DNA of 61,837 bases, filler included, from Vannella sp. (Eukaryota): assembly GCA_023345925.1 (NCBI GenBank). It is 7 parts of 7 records of this genome, joined end to end, with 100 filler letters (N's around TTAATTAATTAA, not from the genome) between each part and the next. Parts side by side here need not be neighbours in the genome. Positions count along the whole stretch, not along the records: positions 43,051 to 55,902 come from JAJQQN010000883.1; positions 56,003 to 61,837 come from JAJQQN010000611.1; 5 more parts are not named here. One strand, 5' to 3'. Positions 48,652 through 59,700 of the stretch are shown here, in pieces. Below the pieces are notes generated by a model. The model was given only the letters and a program-made list of their open reading frames with translations, had not been told where the DNA came from and searched no databases. Both the position numbers and the translations under genes were made by a program. Position 1 is the stretch's first letter. Each line of letters opens with the position of its first letter.

Positions 48652-51600
48652 CTAAGTGGGCTTGGACTTGCGAGCTTCGTCTTGGGACTTGAGTCGTTGG
48701 AAGCGCTCTTTAAGGCTTTGAAGATGATCATCTTGAGCCTTTTGAAGATTAGGTTGGATGGTAACTTCTGGGGGCACTGCTTGGCGGGGCTTTGGGGGTG
48801 AAGGGGTGGAAATGGGGGCACTTGGAGTGACATTGTTGGCGATTTCTTCCATTTTAAGGTTCCATCCGTCGTCAGGAAGAGACTCATGACTCAAAAGAGC
48901 ATCAAGGGACAGCATGGAGGCTGGCTGACGTAGGGAGGGGATAGGTAGTAGACCCTGGTCCCCAACGGGTGCGTCCGAAGTGACTGTCTTTCGTCGTTTC
49001 TTGTCTATTCGCATTTTCTGTTAGGTTTCAGAAGACTCTGATAGTCATTTAACGTACCTTTCCCTTTCTTGCTTGCAGAGTCTTCGGCAATAGTGAAGAG
49101 AGACTGATAAAGTGACTTCTTCTCTTCGGTCTCTTGAGAGACCAAAGTCACTATCGCCTTTCTCTCTTCGGCTCGAAGTCGTGCAGCTGTGTGCTCTCTA
49201 TGATGACAGAGTGCAGGGTGTTGTAGTTGCTCCCATTTGTCAAGTGCGATAGACTCAGAGGTCAAAGGCTTCTCCCAGGCACCGAAAATCTCTTCAAAGT
49301 CACTTGGAAGTGAATCTCTCAACGAAGCGAAGCTCTTAAAGTGTCCAGTATCTGCTCGTAGGAGATCTGGCTGCAAGATAAGCTGATACGCACTCTCTGT
49401 TGTCTTCGCACGAACGTCGGTCAGCAAGAAGACCAAAAGTGGTTCGACTGCCTCCCGGGCATTCTCTTCGGTGGAGCTGCTGCAGAGAAGGGCTTTGAGA
49501 GAGAGGACGCGGCATTGCTCTTCGGTTAATTCCCCTTTGCTCATTTGGACAACATTCCCGAGCACTTGGCACGCTGCCACTTGCACTGGCTCCTCAGTAG
49601 AGCGGATCAAATCCTGCAGAACGTTCATCAAGAACAATCGATGTTCCTCCTCTGGATAGGTTGCGATGAAGCCATCGTAGAAGCTAGAAATGAACTCTTT
49701 GTTGTCCCGTTGCTGCTGGAAGTCAGTAAAGCTGCTGAGAATCTGATTCTGATGGACCCTTTCCAGCCGCTTTAGCTGTTGCTGCGTTTCAAGAGGGTCA
49801 ATTAGACAGGCTATGTGAGCTAGAATAGTCACAGTCATTGTAAGAGGACTATCTAATGCTGGTGAAAGAGCATGCTGCAGTTGCCAAAGAAGATTTTGAG
49901 CTGCTTCAGCTGTTGACCGATCCTCCAGACCCCGGAAGAGATTCTCAACAAGGAATCTGTCAAAAGGAATCTCCCTCTTTGGAGGAAGCATATTTCCCAC
50001 ATCCATTAGAGTTGGAAGATTCATTGCCAAGTAGCTGGACGTTATTGGGTTATTTGGCGAGAATAGGCTGTTCAGAATGCGAAGCCCAAAAGCAAACAAC
50101 TCTCGGCTATTACTCTGGATAAGAAGAAGGCCACAGCGGCTTAGCGTTGTGTAGGCTGTTGAGTCCATCACTCGCCAATGAGTGGCAATAACATTGAGAA
50201 GCTCCTCCTTGAGGACCTTAGAATCCCCTGCCCTTCCTTCAGCAAGAGCCAGCAGAGTGGCCACAAGAAGGTGGTTAACATCTTGACCTCTTATTTCCTT
50301 CGCCAATGCAGCAAACAATCCAAAGGAGTTCGAAACCATCCGACTCGTACCACGACACATACTCCACTGCAAAGCCATCGTCGCCCATTTCTCCACAACC
50401 CCCGGACTCCCCAAAAGCTTAGCGTTTCACAATAATCTGAAAACTCACTTACCACAGCTCCTGAAGTAAGTCACGAAGGCGCTCGATGAGAGCGTGAGGA
50501 ATGAACCGGTTTTCGATGGATTGAGCGACGACAGTCCGCTTGCGACCAACCCTTTGGACTTCCTCTTTAACCTCCTCTTGTGCGTTGTTGTTGACTTGCA
50601 ATAGATTGCGGATGAATGAGAGATCCTCGCTGGATGGGCTGTTTGAAGTGTTCTGTAATTCTGTGAGAAGAGTGAGAACAATTGACTCTCCAGTGTAGGC
50701 GAGCAGTCCCAGAGGGTCATTTCGCATGATTGAATGGTGCAGAATAGAAGTGACTAGCTCGAGAGACGTTCGAAGGCGCTCTCCACGCACAAATGGCGCC
50801 AAGAGTAAGACAGCTGCCCTCTCTTTCATCGATGGCAAGGGCAAAGGGTTTGCTGGTGGAATCTTCATCTGCTGTCGGATACTGGCAATGTCACTTCCGG
50901 ATGCGGGCAGATTAGGAGTGACGGGTAGGTGTTTGATGAGGGACTCGCGAAGAGCAGAGACTTCTTCCTCAGTACAACACTCAACAATGCTTTGCATAAG
51001 AAAGGCAAACTTGGGAAGATGTCGCGCATCTCCAGGACAAGCTTCAAGTTCTTGTGATGCAGTCTCTAAGAGCCACTGCGTAGCCATTGCAGTAGCAATA
51101 GTTTTGTCTCCCTGGCTTATGAGATCTTGCCAAAGACTTTGCAGCGCTTGAGTCTGAGCGACTGAAGCAGAATCAGTGAAGGATTGCTCCGTAATCTCAT
51201 AGAGAGCCCGAATGATCCAGCGTGGAGGGTTGGTCAAGCTGGTGCCGTAGCTCTTGACCCAGGGACTTGCCAGTTCTAACGCCAATGCCGCATCTGAAGG
51301 GTGGGAAATATGAACGAGCAACCCTTTCAAAGCCAACAGGGCATCTCGTGAATGTGCCTCGTGTTGAATAGCCAGTTTCTGATTGATTTGGCGTGCTGCA
51401 TTGGTGTAGGATTGGTGACTTGTGCTCATGTGCGCCAGACAAAGTCCAGTAGGAATCAAATGCGCAAGATTTGAGAGTGTCAAGTCAGTGAAAGAGTTCA
51501 TCCCAAGTGGATTGGATTTTCCCAGTGCCTTACGAGTATTAGCCCTCTTTCTACCCTTCACGCTAGTGTCAGTGCGAAGGACCGCAATAGGTCCAGGGGA

Positions 51601-54600
51601 CTCCATTCTACTTGGCATCACAATGTCACTGCGAGACAGGATAAGGAGAAGATCTATCGAGAGTGAGCGGATGACAATCTCTTCAGAGTGCTGGAAGAAG
51701 AGCGAAAGGAAGTACAGCGAGAAGATAAAACTGTTTGAGGTAGCTAAGGTATTGTAAAGCTTCCGTAGAACTTCGACAGCTGCACGAAGAATTGGCACTA
51801 CAACTGGACCGTTAGCTTTTGGTTCGTGAGTGGTCCCCGTGCTCAAGGAGGACGAGCGGGTGGCCCTGAAGAGCAATGGCAATGTCCGATTAGGATTCTG
51901 TCTGAGGAAGGTAAGGAAGAGCCTATCAGAGAACTCTTCCAAATGCTCTCCCGAGGCACAAAGCGCGAGCAAGCGTTCCTCAACAACAACAATTCCATCC
52001 GCTGGAACTGGCTCGAACGAGACCAGTGTTGTTGCAAACTGGATGGCGGCAGCATGCACTGCAATGCGGTGGTTCAGATGGACTGAATAAGGCAGATCGT
52101 CCACCATGTTGATTGCAAACCCAATAAGCTTCAGCAAACCATCCCAAGGCTTCTCCCCTTCTTCTTTGAGGGAGTCAGGGATAAAGTGACTAACAGACCC
52201 ACTGAATGCCAAGGCATTCTCAAGCACCAAGAGAATATCTCTCTTAGAAAGAGCAGCTAGTGGAGCTAACTTTTCAGGAGCTTGTAGCCAAAGAAGTACT
52301 AGTTGCTGTACATAAGACTTGATGCCATATTGCTCAAGCGAGTAAGCCGACATATCGAGTTGGTTCACTGCAAGAGCCAGGATAGAGATACCCCAGTTCG
52401 AAATTGAAAGCAATTTGGTACTCGAAGCATTCCCTTCTTCTGTTCCTTCAAAAAGGCGATTCTGAATGGCTCCCATCAAATCTCCAAAGCAGGAAGGATG
52501 ATACTCTTCTGTGGCAGTCATTAGAAGGGAAATTTCTTCATGCTGCTCATGGAATGCGCCAGCAAGCTGAGCAAAAAACCGGCTCAGAAGTCCCGTCGAG
52601 AGGTAGCAAGCCTTTTCTTCATAGGAGGCATCAGAAGCATGATGCCGGGGGACCATGCACAACAACCGAAGATAATTCTCCCACTGGCCAATCTCTACAA
52701 GGTCCTTCGTGACAAACAGAGTGTTGTGGAGCTCGGACCAACCCCAGTTTACCGAGCAGAAGAGCTCCTTGTAGCAGCGGGTGAGGATATGAGGGAGCTC
52801 ATCAAGTAGCTCACTGCCACCAACGTTCCTCTTTGCACGAGGGAGAAAATCGACCAGATGGGGCGCCGAGGGCTGTACGGACCTGGACTCTAACTGACGG
52901 ATTTGAGGGCTAGAAAGTTGCTCAAAGAGTCTCCAGACAGTCGGGTAAACGAAAGGATGTGGGCTACAGAGCCATACAAGCAAGGTGCCTTCCATCTTGT
53001 AACGGAAGCCAAGGAATCGATCAACATGAACGCGTTCCATGTCAAAATCTAGCTCAATGGCTTGGTTGATGTAGAAGAAGAGCACTGACAGATTATAGAG
53101 ACTGCGTTTGACTTGGTCTTCACTCTCACAACAGTAACCAGTGAGTTCACCAGCCATCAAGTTGAGTACATGGATCAGATGTTGTCCAGGATTGATTAGG
53201 AGGATATCCCGAAGGCAAAATAGCGCTGCCTCTGCCACATCGTAAGTGGGGGACACAGAAAGCTTTGCTATTCTTTCCAATACCGCTCCGTGCTTCTCCA
53301 AAGGTATCTCGACGATAGCGAGGCACTGAATAGAAGCCACTAACATTGTCTCAAAATGGTCCGGCTTCTGCCCATCCGGTGCTCCAAGCTGTTCCGTCTC
53401 AAGAAAGAGCTTATCGCGTTCTGCTACTGTAGAACTAGCAATATCAAAGCATTGGAAGACAGGACCAAACAGGAGAACATGCTGTCCACTCGTCGCAAAC
53501 TCTGAACAGTTCTCGCTTGCCACTTCACTGAGGATAACAAGAGCAGCCGTCTTGAAGTCAAAGGCGTAGTCTCCTTTCAGGATGGTTGTCACTCGGCCGA
53601 GAATCAAAGCCATATCACGCATGCCAATCTCCACTCCCACCTCGATAAGGAGCTCCAAAGCAGGTCTCTTCCAAGGAAGATCTGAAATCTTCGGAAAGAC
53701 TGTATCCAGAATCACTGGAAGTAGAGAACGCACGGAATCTCCTGTACTTGCCACCAGACCCTGCCTGACAACATCAGCACGATATAGAAAGGTTAAAATG
53801 TTCCGAACAATGCGGAGTTGCTCCGGACCAGTCCCACAGTATTTTCCCACGTCCTGAAGGAACTCTTCCAAACGCTCTTGAAAGTGACTTGGGCCGATGG
53901 CAAGCATAATTCCCAGGAGACCCAATGTCGACTGCCTCCTATCAGGACTCTGTGTTTTGATCCACTTTGTCAGGGTGCTGAAGACTTCTTCGTACTTGAG
54001 CCAGAAGCAAGCAGCTTCCTCAGTTTCGGCGAATAGCTCCTTTTGCTCGTCTGGCTGGTCACTTAAGAGGACTCGAACAAAGAGTTGCTGAAGGCTTCGG
54101 ATGATCTCCTCTTTAAGGGTCTCGTCCTGAGCTCCGCACGCTTCCCGGACTTGGAAAGCTAAATAGAGCATCAGAGTGCTTCTTTCCGTCTGATAGGCAA
54201 CGCTAAAGGGTATATGAGACTAAGAGTGAGTTAGTAGCATGCCTCTGGACCTCAGAAAAGTGCTCCACTCACCATTATCTTCTGATAACCGATCCTCTTC
54301 TCCACGGAGGCCTCCACTGATTGCTGGGAGATGTAATGGCAAAGGATTCCTGCGTTTGAAGGTCCTAGAGAGCTTATGCAATCCATAACCACTTCATTCA
54401 CTGCTGGAGAGCGCTCCACGCGAAGGATGAGGAAAGAGAACAGGCGAGAACTGAGCTCCTCTTCCATAGTGCTGTCAAGAGGGTCACTACCATCTTTCAC
54501 AATGAGTGTAGCAGCCTACCAGCTGGGATTGCGTTTCACTAAGTGCGTAATGGCGTGCTGGAAGAAGTCGGACAGCAGGAAGTCCTCTCCACTCGACTGC

Positions 54601-54987
54601 GTCACAGGGGGCGTGCTTTGAAAGAGCTCTGGGAGTTGTGTGTCAGCTGGGATACTACGGTGAGAGGTGGAGAGTGCACAGACCGTCCAGAGAGAGAAGC
54701 GACCTCAAGATCTCCGAGAAGTAAGATTGGGACAGCGCTAAAGCCAAGTTGAGATCCGTCAAGAGCTCTTGTAGAAGCTCATCCACAGGCTGCATGTCCT
54801 GATGGAAGTCAGACCTCATCCCTTTCTGAGTAAAATTGGTCCTCATTACCTCCTTGGCCCCTATCTGGCTTCCTCCATGACGAGCCAGCTTCCTGAGAGT
54901 CTCTTCGAGTTGCACAAACCACTGTCCATCCCATTCTTGTCCCCCTGAGCTCTCCAACCCCGCGTGGGGAGAGTTAAAGGCCTCCAT
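48652..54987 (-). CDS. Furry/MOR2-PAG1/Tao3-like HEAT/ARM scaffold (multi-exon, divergent)
   Basis: ORFs 54655..54990, 54252..54500, 50449..54171, 49005..50414 and 48652..49014 are linked by short introns. WATMALQWSMCRGTSRMVSNSFGLFAAL resembles the MOR2-PAG1 C-terminal motif, and MEGTLLVWLCS resembles the N-terminal domain motif. Confidence 0.62.
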
Positions 54988-55098
54988 CAACGTTGGTCCC
55001 TTTGGATGGCCGAAACGAGAATGCTTTTAAATCCCTTTCAACCAACCAAATACTCTTTAGATCCCAAGTCGTCAGTGCGACGCCTCAGCTCAGAGCCT

Positions 55099-55363
55099 TT
55101 GAGAGAGTTCACAGCCCAGATCAACCACGTCCCCTGGCCTCCGTTGAAAAGTGCCTCTAAACTCAACTGGGACCGATGCGGAAGATGATTTTATGTTTTT
55201 AAGAGGGCAGCTTTTCCATCGTTTGAGGGATGATCAAATGAGCCCAAAAAGTACCTCGATCAAAACACATAAAAAGTTCATTGGTAAAGGTCCCGATCGA
55301 ATGTAGAGGTACTTTTCACCATGGCCAGGGGACGTGGTTGATCTGGGCTGTGAACTCTCTCAA
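55099..55363. repeat. 265-bp fold-back element with perfect 41-bp inverted arms (MITE-like element or hairpin-RNA locus)
   Basis: 55099-55139 TTGAGAGAGTTCACAGCCCAGATCAACCACGTCCCCTGGCC is the exact reverse complement of 55323-55363. Further imperfect pairing lies inside. Confidence 0.92.
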
Positions 55364-55708
55364 TGAGGGCAACGGACTCCAGTCACTGCCGACACCATCC
55401 GCCGAACGGGTGCTTTTGGACGACTGATTTCACGATTACTGTTCCTCTCTGCGAAAGATCTCCACCTGGGAAACGTCAAAGCATATGAAAGGGCTTTGGA
55501 ACAGTCTCGCGCTGATCATCGCAAGATAGGGCCTCTTGGCATCCTCTGGCCCAACATCAGTTCTTCAAAAAAGAGCATTTTACCAGTGACGTTATGATTG
55601 GGAGTGTGTTGCTTAACAAAAGGTTCGATGGAAAAGTTCCAAGGACAAAACATGTGTGGTCTTCGTAAATCACTTCTTTTCAAAGTAGTGGGTTGTCACA
55701 CTTGTGGT

Positions 55709-55902
55709 TTAATGGGACGCCAAAGTGCTTGGTGAAGGTTCAACACTCAGCCCAGAGGAGTGATCCTGAGTGCACGAGATGAGGCATGTATCTGCAGCAC
55801 AGGCTCACGGATACAAAGACGAATACTGGCGTGGCCTTCGAGTCAAATGTGTTGGCGAAGTTCCCTTGGTAGTATTGGATGAAATCTCGGTCAGTCCAGG
55901 TA
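55709..55902 (-). CDS. Possible last two exons of an unidentified gene cut by the contig edge
   Basis: WTDRDFIQYYQGNFANTFDSKATPVFVFVS, then a typical intron (GTGAGC...CTCAT...CAG), then DHSSGLSVEPSPSTLASH-TAA. Confidence 0.4.
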
Positions 55903-56002
55903 NNNNNNNNNNNNNNNNNNNNNNNNNNNNNNNNNNNNNNNNNNNNTTAATTAATTAANNNNNNNNNNNNNNNNNNNNNNNNNNNNNNNNNNNNNNNNNN
56001 NN
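55903..56002. other. Artificial contig linker
   Basis: N44-TTAATTAATTAA-N44. Confidence 0.99.
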
Positions 56003-56735
56003 CCGAAACCACCCTGAAGAGGCCCGCATAGCGATTAACGAGCACATCTCCACTCAAACTGAGAAGAAGATTGCCAACCTCATCCCGGCATCTAGCCTTG
56101 ATAGTCTGACCCGTATGGTCATTGCTAACGCCATCTATTTCAAAGGAGCATGGGCTTCTCCATTCGAGGAGGAGAATACTAGCGATTCCACATTCCTCAC
56201 TTCTCAAGCCAAAGAAGTTTCTGTGAGAATGATGAGCATCAGTAAGCGTATCTCTTACTTGGCAAGTAGCGGATATCAGGTTATCGAGATTCCTTACAAA
56301 GGAAATGACTTCTCCTTGGTGGCTTATCTCCCTGATAGCCCCAAAGCGGAACTCTCTCATTTCCCAGAGATTGACTTGAGCCAGTTGCTATCTACACATG
56401 TAGATTTGTCTTTCCCGAAGTTCTCTATGAACCAAGCCATTCAGCTTCGAGATACGCTCTCTCAGTTGGGACTAGATGGGCTCTTCTCGTCTTGCAACCT
56501 CTCTCGCATCAGTTCCCTGCCGCTTGAGATCTCGGAAGTGTATCACCAAGCCTTCATCAAGATAGATGAAGCAGGCACAGAAGCATCAGCAGCTACATCA
56601 GTGGTTATTAAGGAAAGAGGGCTCGTCCTCGACAGCAAAGTTTTAATCTTCAATCGGCCATTCTTCTTTTCCATCAGGAACATCCAATCCGGGGTTGTTA
56701 TCTTCCAAGGGCTTCTGAATCATCCTTTGCCATAA
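56003..56735 (+). CDS. Serpin (serine protease inhibitor), 5'-truncated
   Basis: MVIANAIYFKGAWASPF, VRMM, VIEIPYKG, FPKFSM, ISEVYHQAFIKIDEAGTEASAAT (hinge) and FNRPFFFSI...VIFQG...P. Confidence 0.96.
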
Positions 56736-56774
56736 ACGCACTCTTGCCCAGTCTCTGATGCGGCTACAGAGTGT

Positions 56775-59700
56775 TTAATCACTCAGCAAAAAAGCCTCGT
56801 CGTCAGCCTTGTCACCAGAGCTTGAGAGAGGGTGGATGAGCATTTTCTTATCCGCCAGTCCAATCCAAAGCCTCCCCGAGATCATCTTAATGAACTGGAC
56901 AGGGCCAGTGGTGGCCAGCTCTTTGATTGGATGGTAGCTTTCTGATGACCAGCAAACCACCGAGTTGCTGAAGCAGCCAGCCCATACCTGGTCACGCACA
57001 ATCTCCATGGAACGCACCGCACCCGTTTGGATGTTCAGAACGTGTTTGCATTCGTATGTGGTGATACTCCACACTCTGATAGACCCGTCGTCTGAACAGG
57101 ACCAAATTTCGCCGCGCTTAGGCTCGATGAGTTGGTTGATCTTCCGGGTGTGCCCTGTTAGAGTCTGCAATAGTTGGAAAGAGAGATCCTTTGGTCACGT
57201 TAGTAGAGAATTTGAGTGATTAAGCGACAAAATGAGATCATTACCTCATTAACTCGATAGACGTTGATATCCCTCTCAGTGCCCGCCCATAAGATATCAT
57301 CAATCAAGCGACAACAGGTGAATTGTGCTGTTCCTGTTGGAATGGAAGTCACCTCACTACAACTCTGCCACAGGAGATTAAATGATGCTCTCACTCGTTT
57401 GCTATTGAGGCTTACCTTGGGATCCCAGGCTCGTATTCGCTGCTCAGCAGGTGCGCAACTCCACATAAACTGCTCTCCAGGGAAGCGGAGAGGCTCAAGG
57501 AAGCGGACAAAGTTGCCTTCGTGTGCGTTTTCAATAATCTCCAAAAGAGCTGTTGATTCACGGTCGAAGACATAAAGGACTCCTCTTTCAGAGCAAGCCC
57601 AAACTTGTTTGGATATAGCGTTGATGTAACATACACGAGCCTCTTCGATTCTGTATGAGGCAAAGGGAGAGAACTGTGATTCGTCAGAATAGATCTGAAC
57701 TAATCCATTCTCGTGTCCGACCCAAATGTTGTCACGATTGGAGTGGATGCAAGTTGGTCTCTCCGGAATATTAAAATTTTGGTGGCTCTCTTCTGAACAT
57801 TCACTTTCGAAAACTCTCTGTGTTGGAGCCCATTTTTCAGTCCCCGGTCTTTTCACAGACCTGGAATGGCTGTTAGTTAGTGCAATCCATTGTTCCTCAC
57901 ACAAGCAGGCAATGATGCTTTCTAACGTATTCACAATCTTAGGAAAGCTCGGTCGGCTGAGCTTATCCTTGCTCCAGCAGATTTGGATCAATTCTTGGCA
58001 AGGTAATGGGACTTCGAGGTTGGTGGGGTCCGTAAAAGTAGGTCGAAGATCTTCATACACGATGGCCTTCTTGATTGTCTGAACGCGGAATTCCCACCTT
58101 TCGATCCCATTTTCATGCCCAACTAAGTTACCGTATTGAGTGTCAAGGCGATACTCTTCAAACGGATAGCCGCTAGTTAAGATCTCCCACATGACAATGC
58201 CAAAGCTGTAAACATCCGCCATCTCATCGTAGTAGAGTGAGTCGTGATCGAGAACTTCTGGTGCGTGCCATTGCCAGGTTCCCAAGAATCCAGAAACCAT
58301 CGGTCCCACACTTTGCGCCAACCCAAAATCCGCCACCTTTGCTAAAACATGAGCTGTTTCGTCTTGACTATTAATCTGTCGAGCCGTTAGAACGTCTGAG
58401 AGCTTCTCAAAGGGAGACGAACCAGAATGTTGGGACTCCTTAGATCGCGATGGATGATGGGAGGACTGATCTCTTGCAGATATCTCATGCCCCTTGCAAC
58501 ATCGAGTGCTAAACGGATACGGTAAAACAATGATAGAGCCACATCGGAGTGCAACAGATGGAAAAGATCTCCAGGAACGAATTCCATCACCATGCGCAAG
58601 GGATTAATGCTAATTCCAAACAGCTTCACCAGATTGGGGTGATTCAAAGAGCTATCAAAGATTATCACATTGTACGATGCTGAACTAACTCCTTACCTCA
58701 TTATATATACTTCTCGGGAGAACTCCTCGAACAGAGCGACAAAGTTTTGCTGATCCTAGACCTTGGTAAGCTCTGAATCTTGTCAAATTGGCGAACTTAC
58801 AAGCACTTCCTTGATTGCAACTACTTTCCTTTTGTACTCTCCTTTAAAGACGGCTCCAAATCCTCCTTTGCCTATCTGCTCATGGACAATGAGGCCTTCA
58901 ATCATAGGAATGTCTCCGAAAGAGATATCTGGCGCGAGGACATCCACTCGGACACTTCTTGAAACGCTCTTAATGTTTCTACAATACACAAAAGGTATCC
59001 CTGTTGCTAAAGCCTGGACGAGGTCTTCCTTGGAGAACTCAAATGGCCTTTCGTACTGATTCTGCCGAAGGCAATGCAAGCAAGGCACCAATACATCGAC
59101 GCATTCCGAGTAAAAGGACTCGATTAAGCTATCAACCACCACAACAATCTTCCTCAGTAGCTCTGGTCGATCGCGCTCTGCAGACCGACATCTTACTAAT
59201 ACTTCATGGCGGACTTGGTCGTAAGTGACCAATGCTGACTCACTTTCAGCAGAAATAGTCTTGATGAGGGCGCCTCCTTTCCAGGTAAGAACGTGTTTGG
59301 TATCGGGAATGTGACGAAGGCGAATGAGAAGACGAGAAAAAGCCTCTCTTGCTGCAGACTGGAAGCGATAGATACGCCCGTATTGTCTTTGTGTCTCTGG
59401 AACTTGCATTTGCCAGTGCTCGCTGATTGTCTCGGGCATTTTTTCTGGCAAGGCAGATGGCATTAACACGTAGGCAGTACCTTTGATTTCGTAGAATATC
59501 TCATTTGAGAGCATCAGCGAAACCAAAGAGCCATGGAATGCTGCTGGAATGTCGTTCCAAATCACTGGAATATCATCCAACTTCAGAACACCATCTTGAC
59601 ATTGTGTTTGGAGAAATTCAGCAGCAAGCCGCAAGGGTGTCACCAGCCAGTTGGGCTGGAGAAGGGCGAATCCATTCGCAGAGTCACTGGGAGGGGAGAA

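Noticed and set aside
55364..55600. ~68-codon open stretch beside the fold-back element, as a transposase remnant
   Set aside because: No start codon and no DDE or other recognisable motif.
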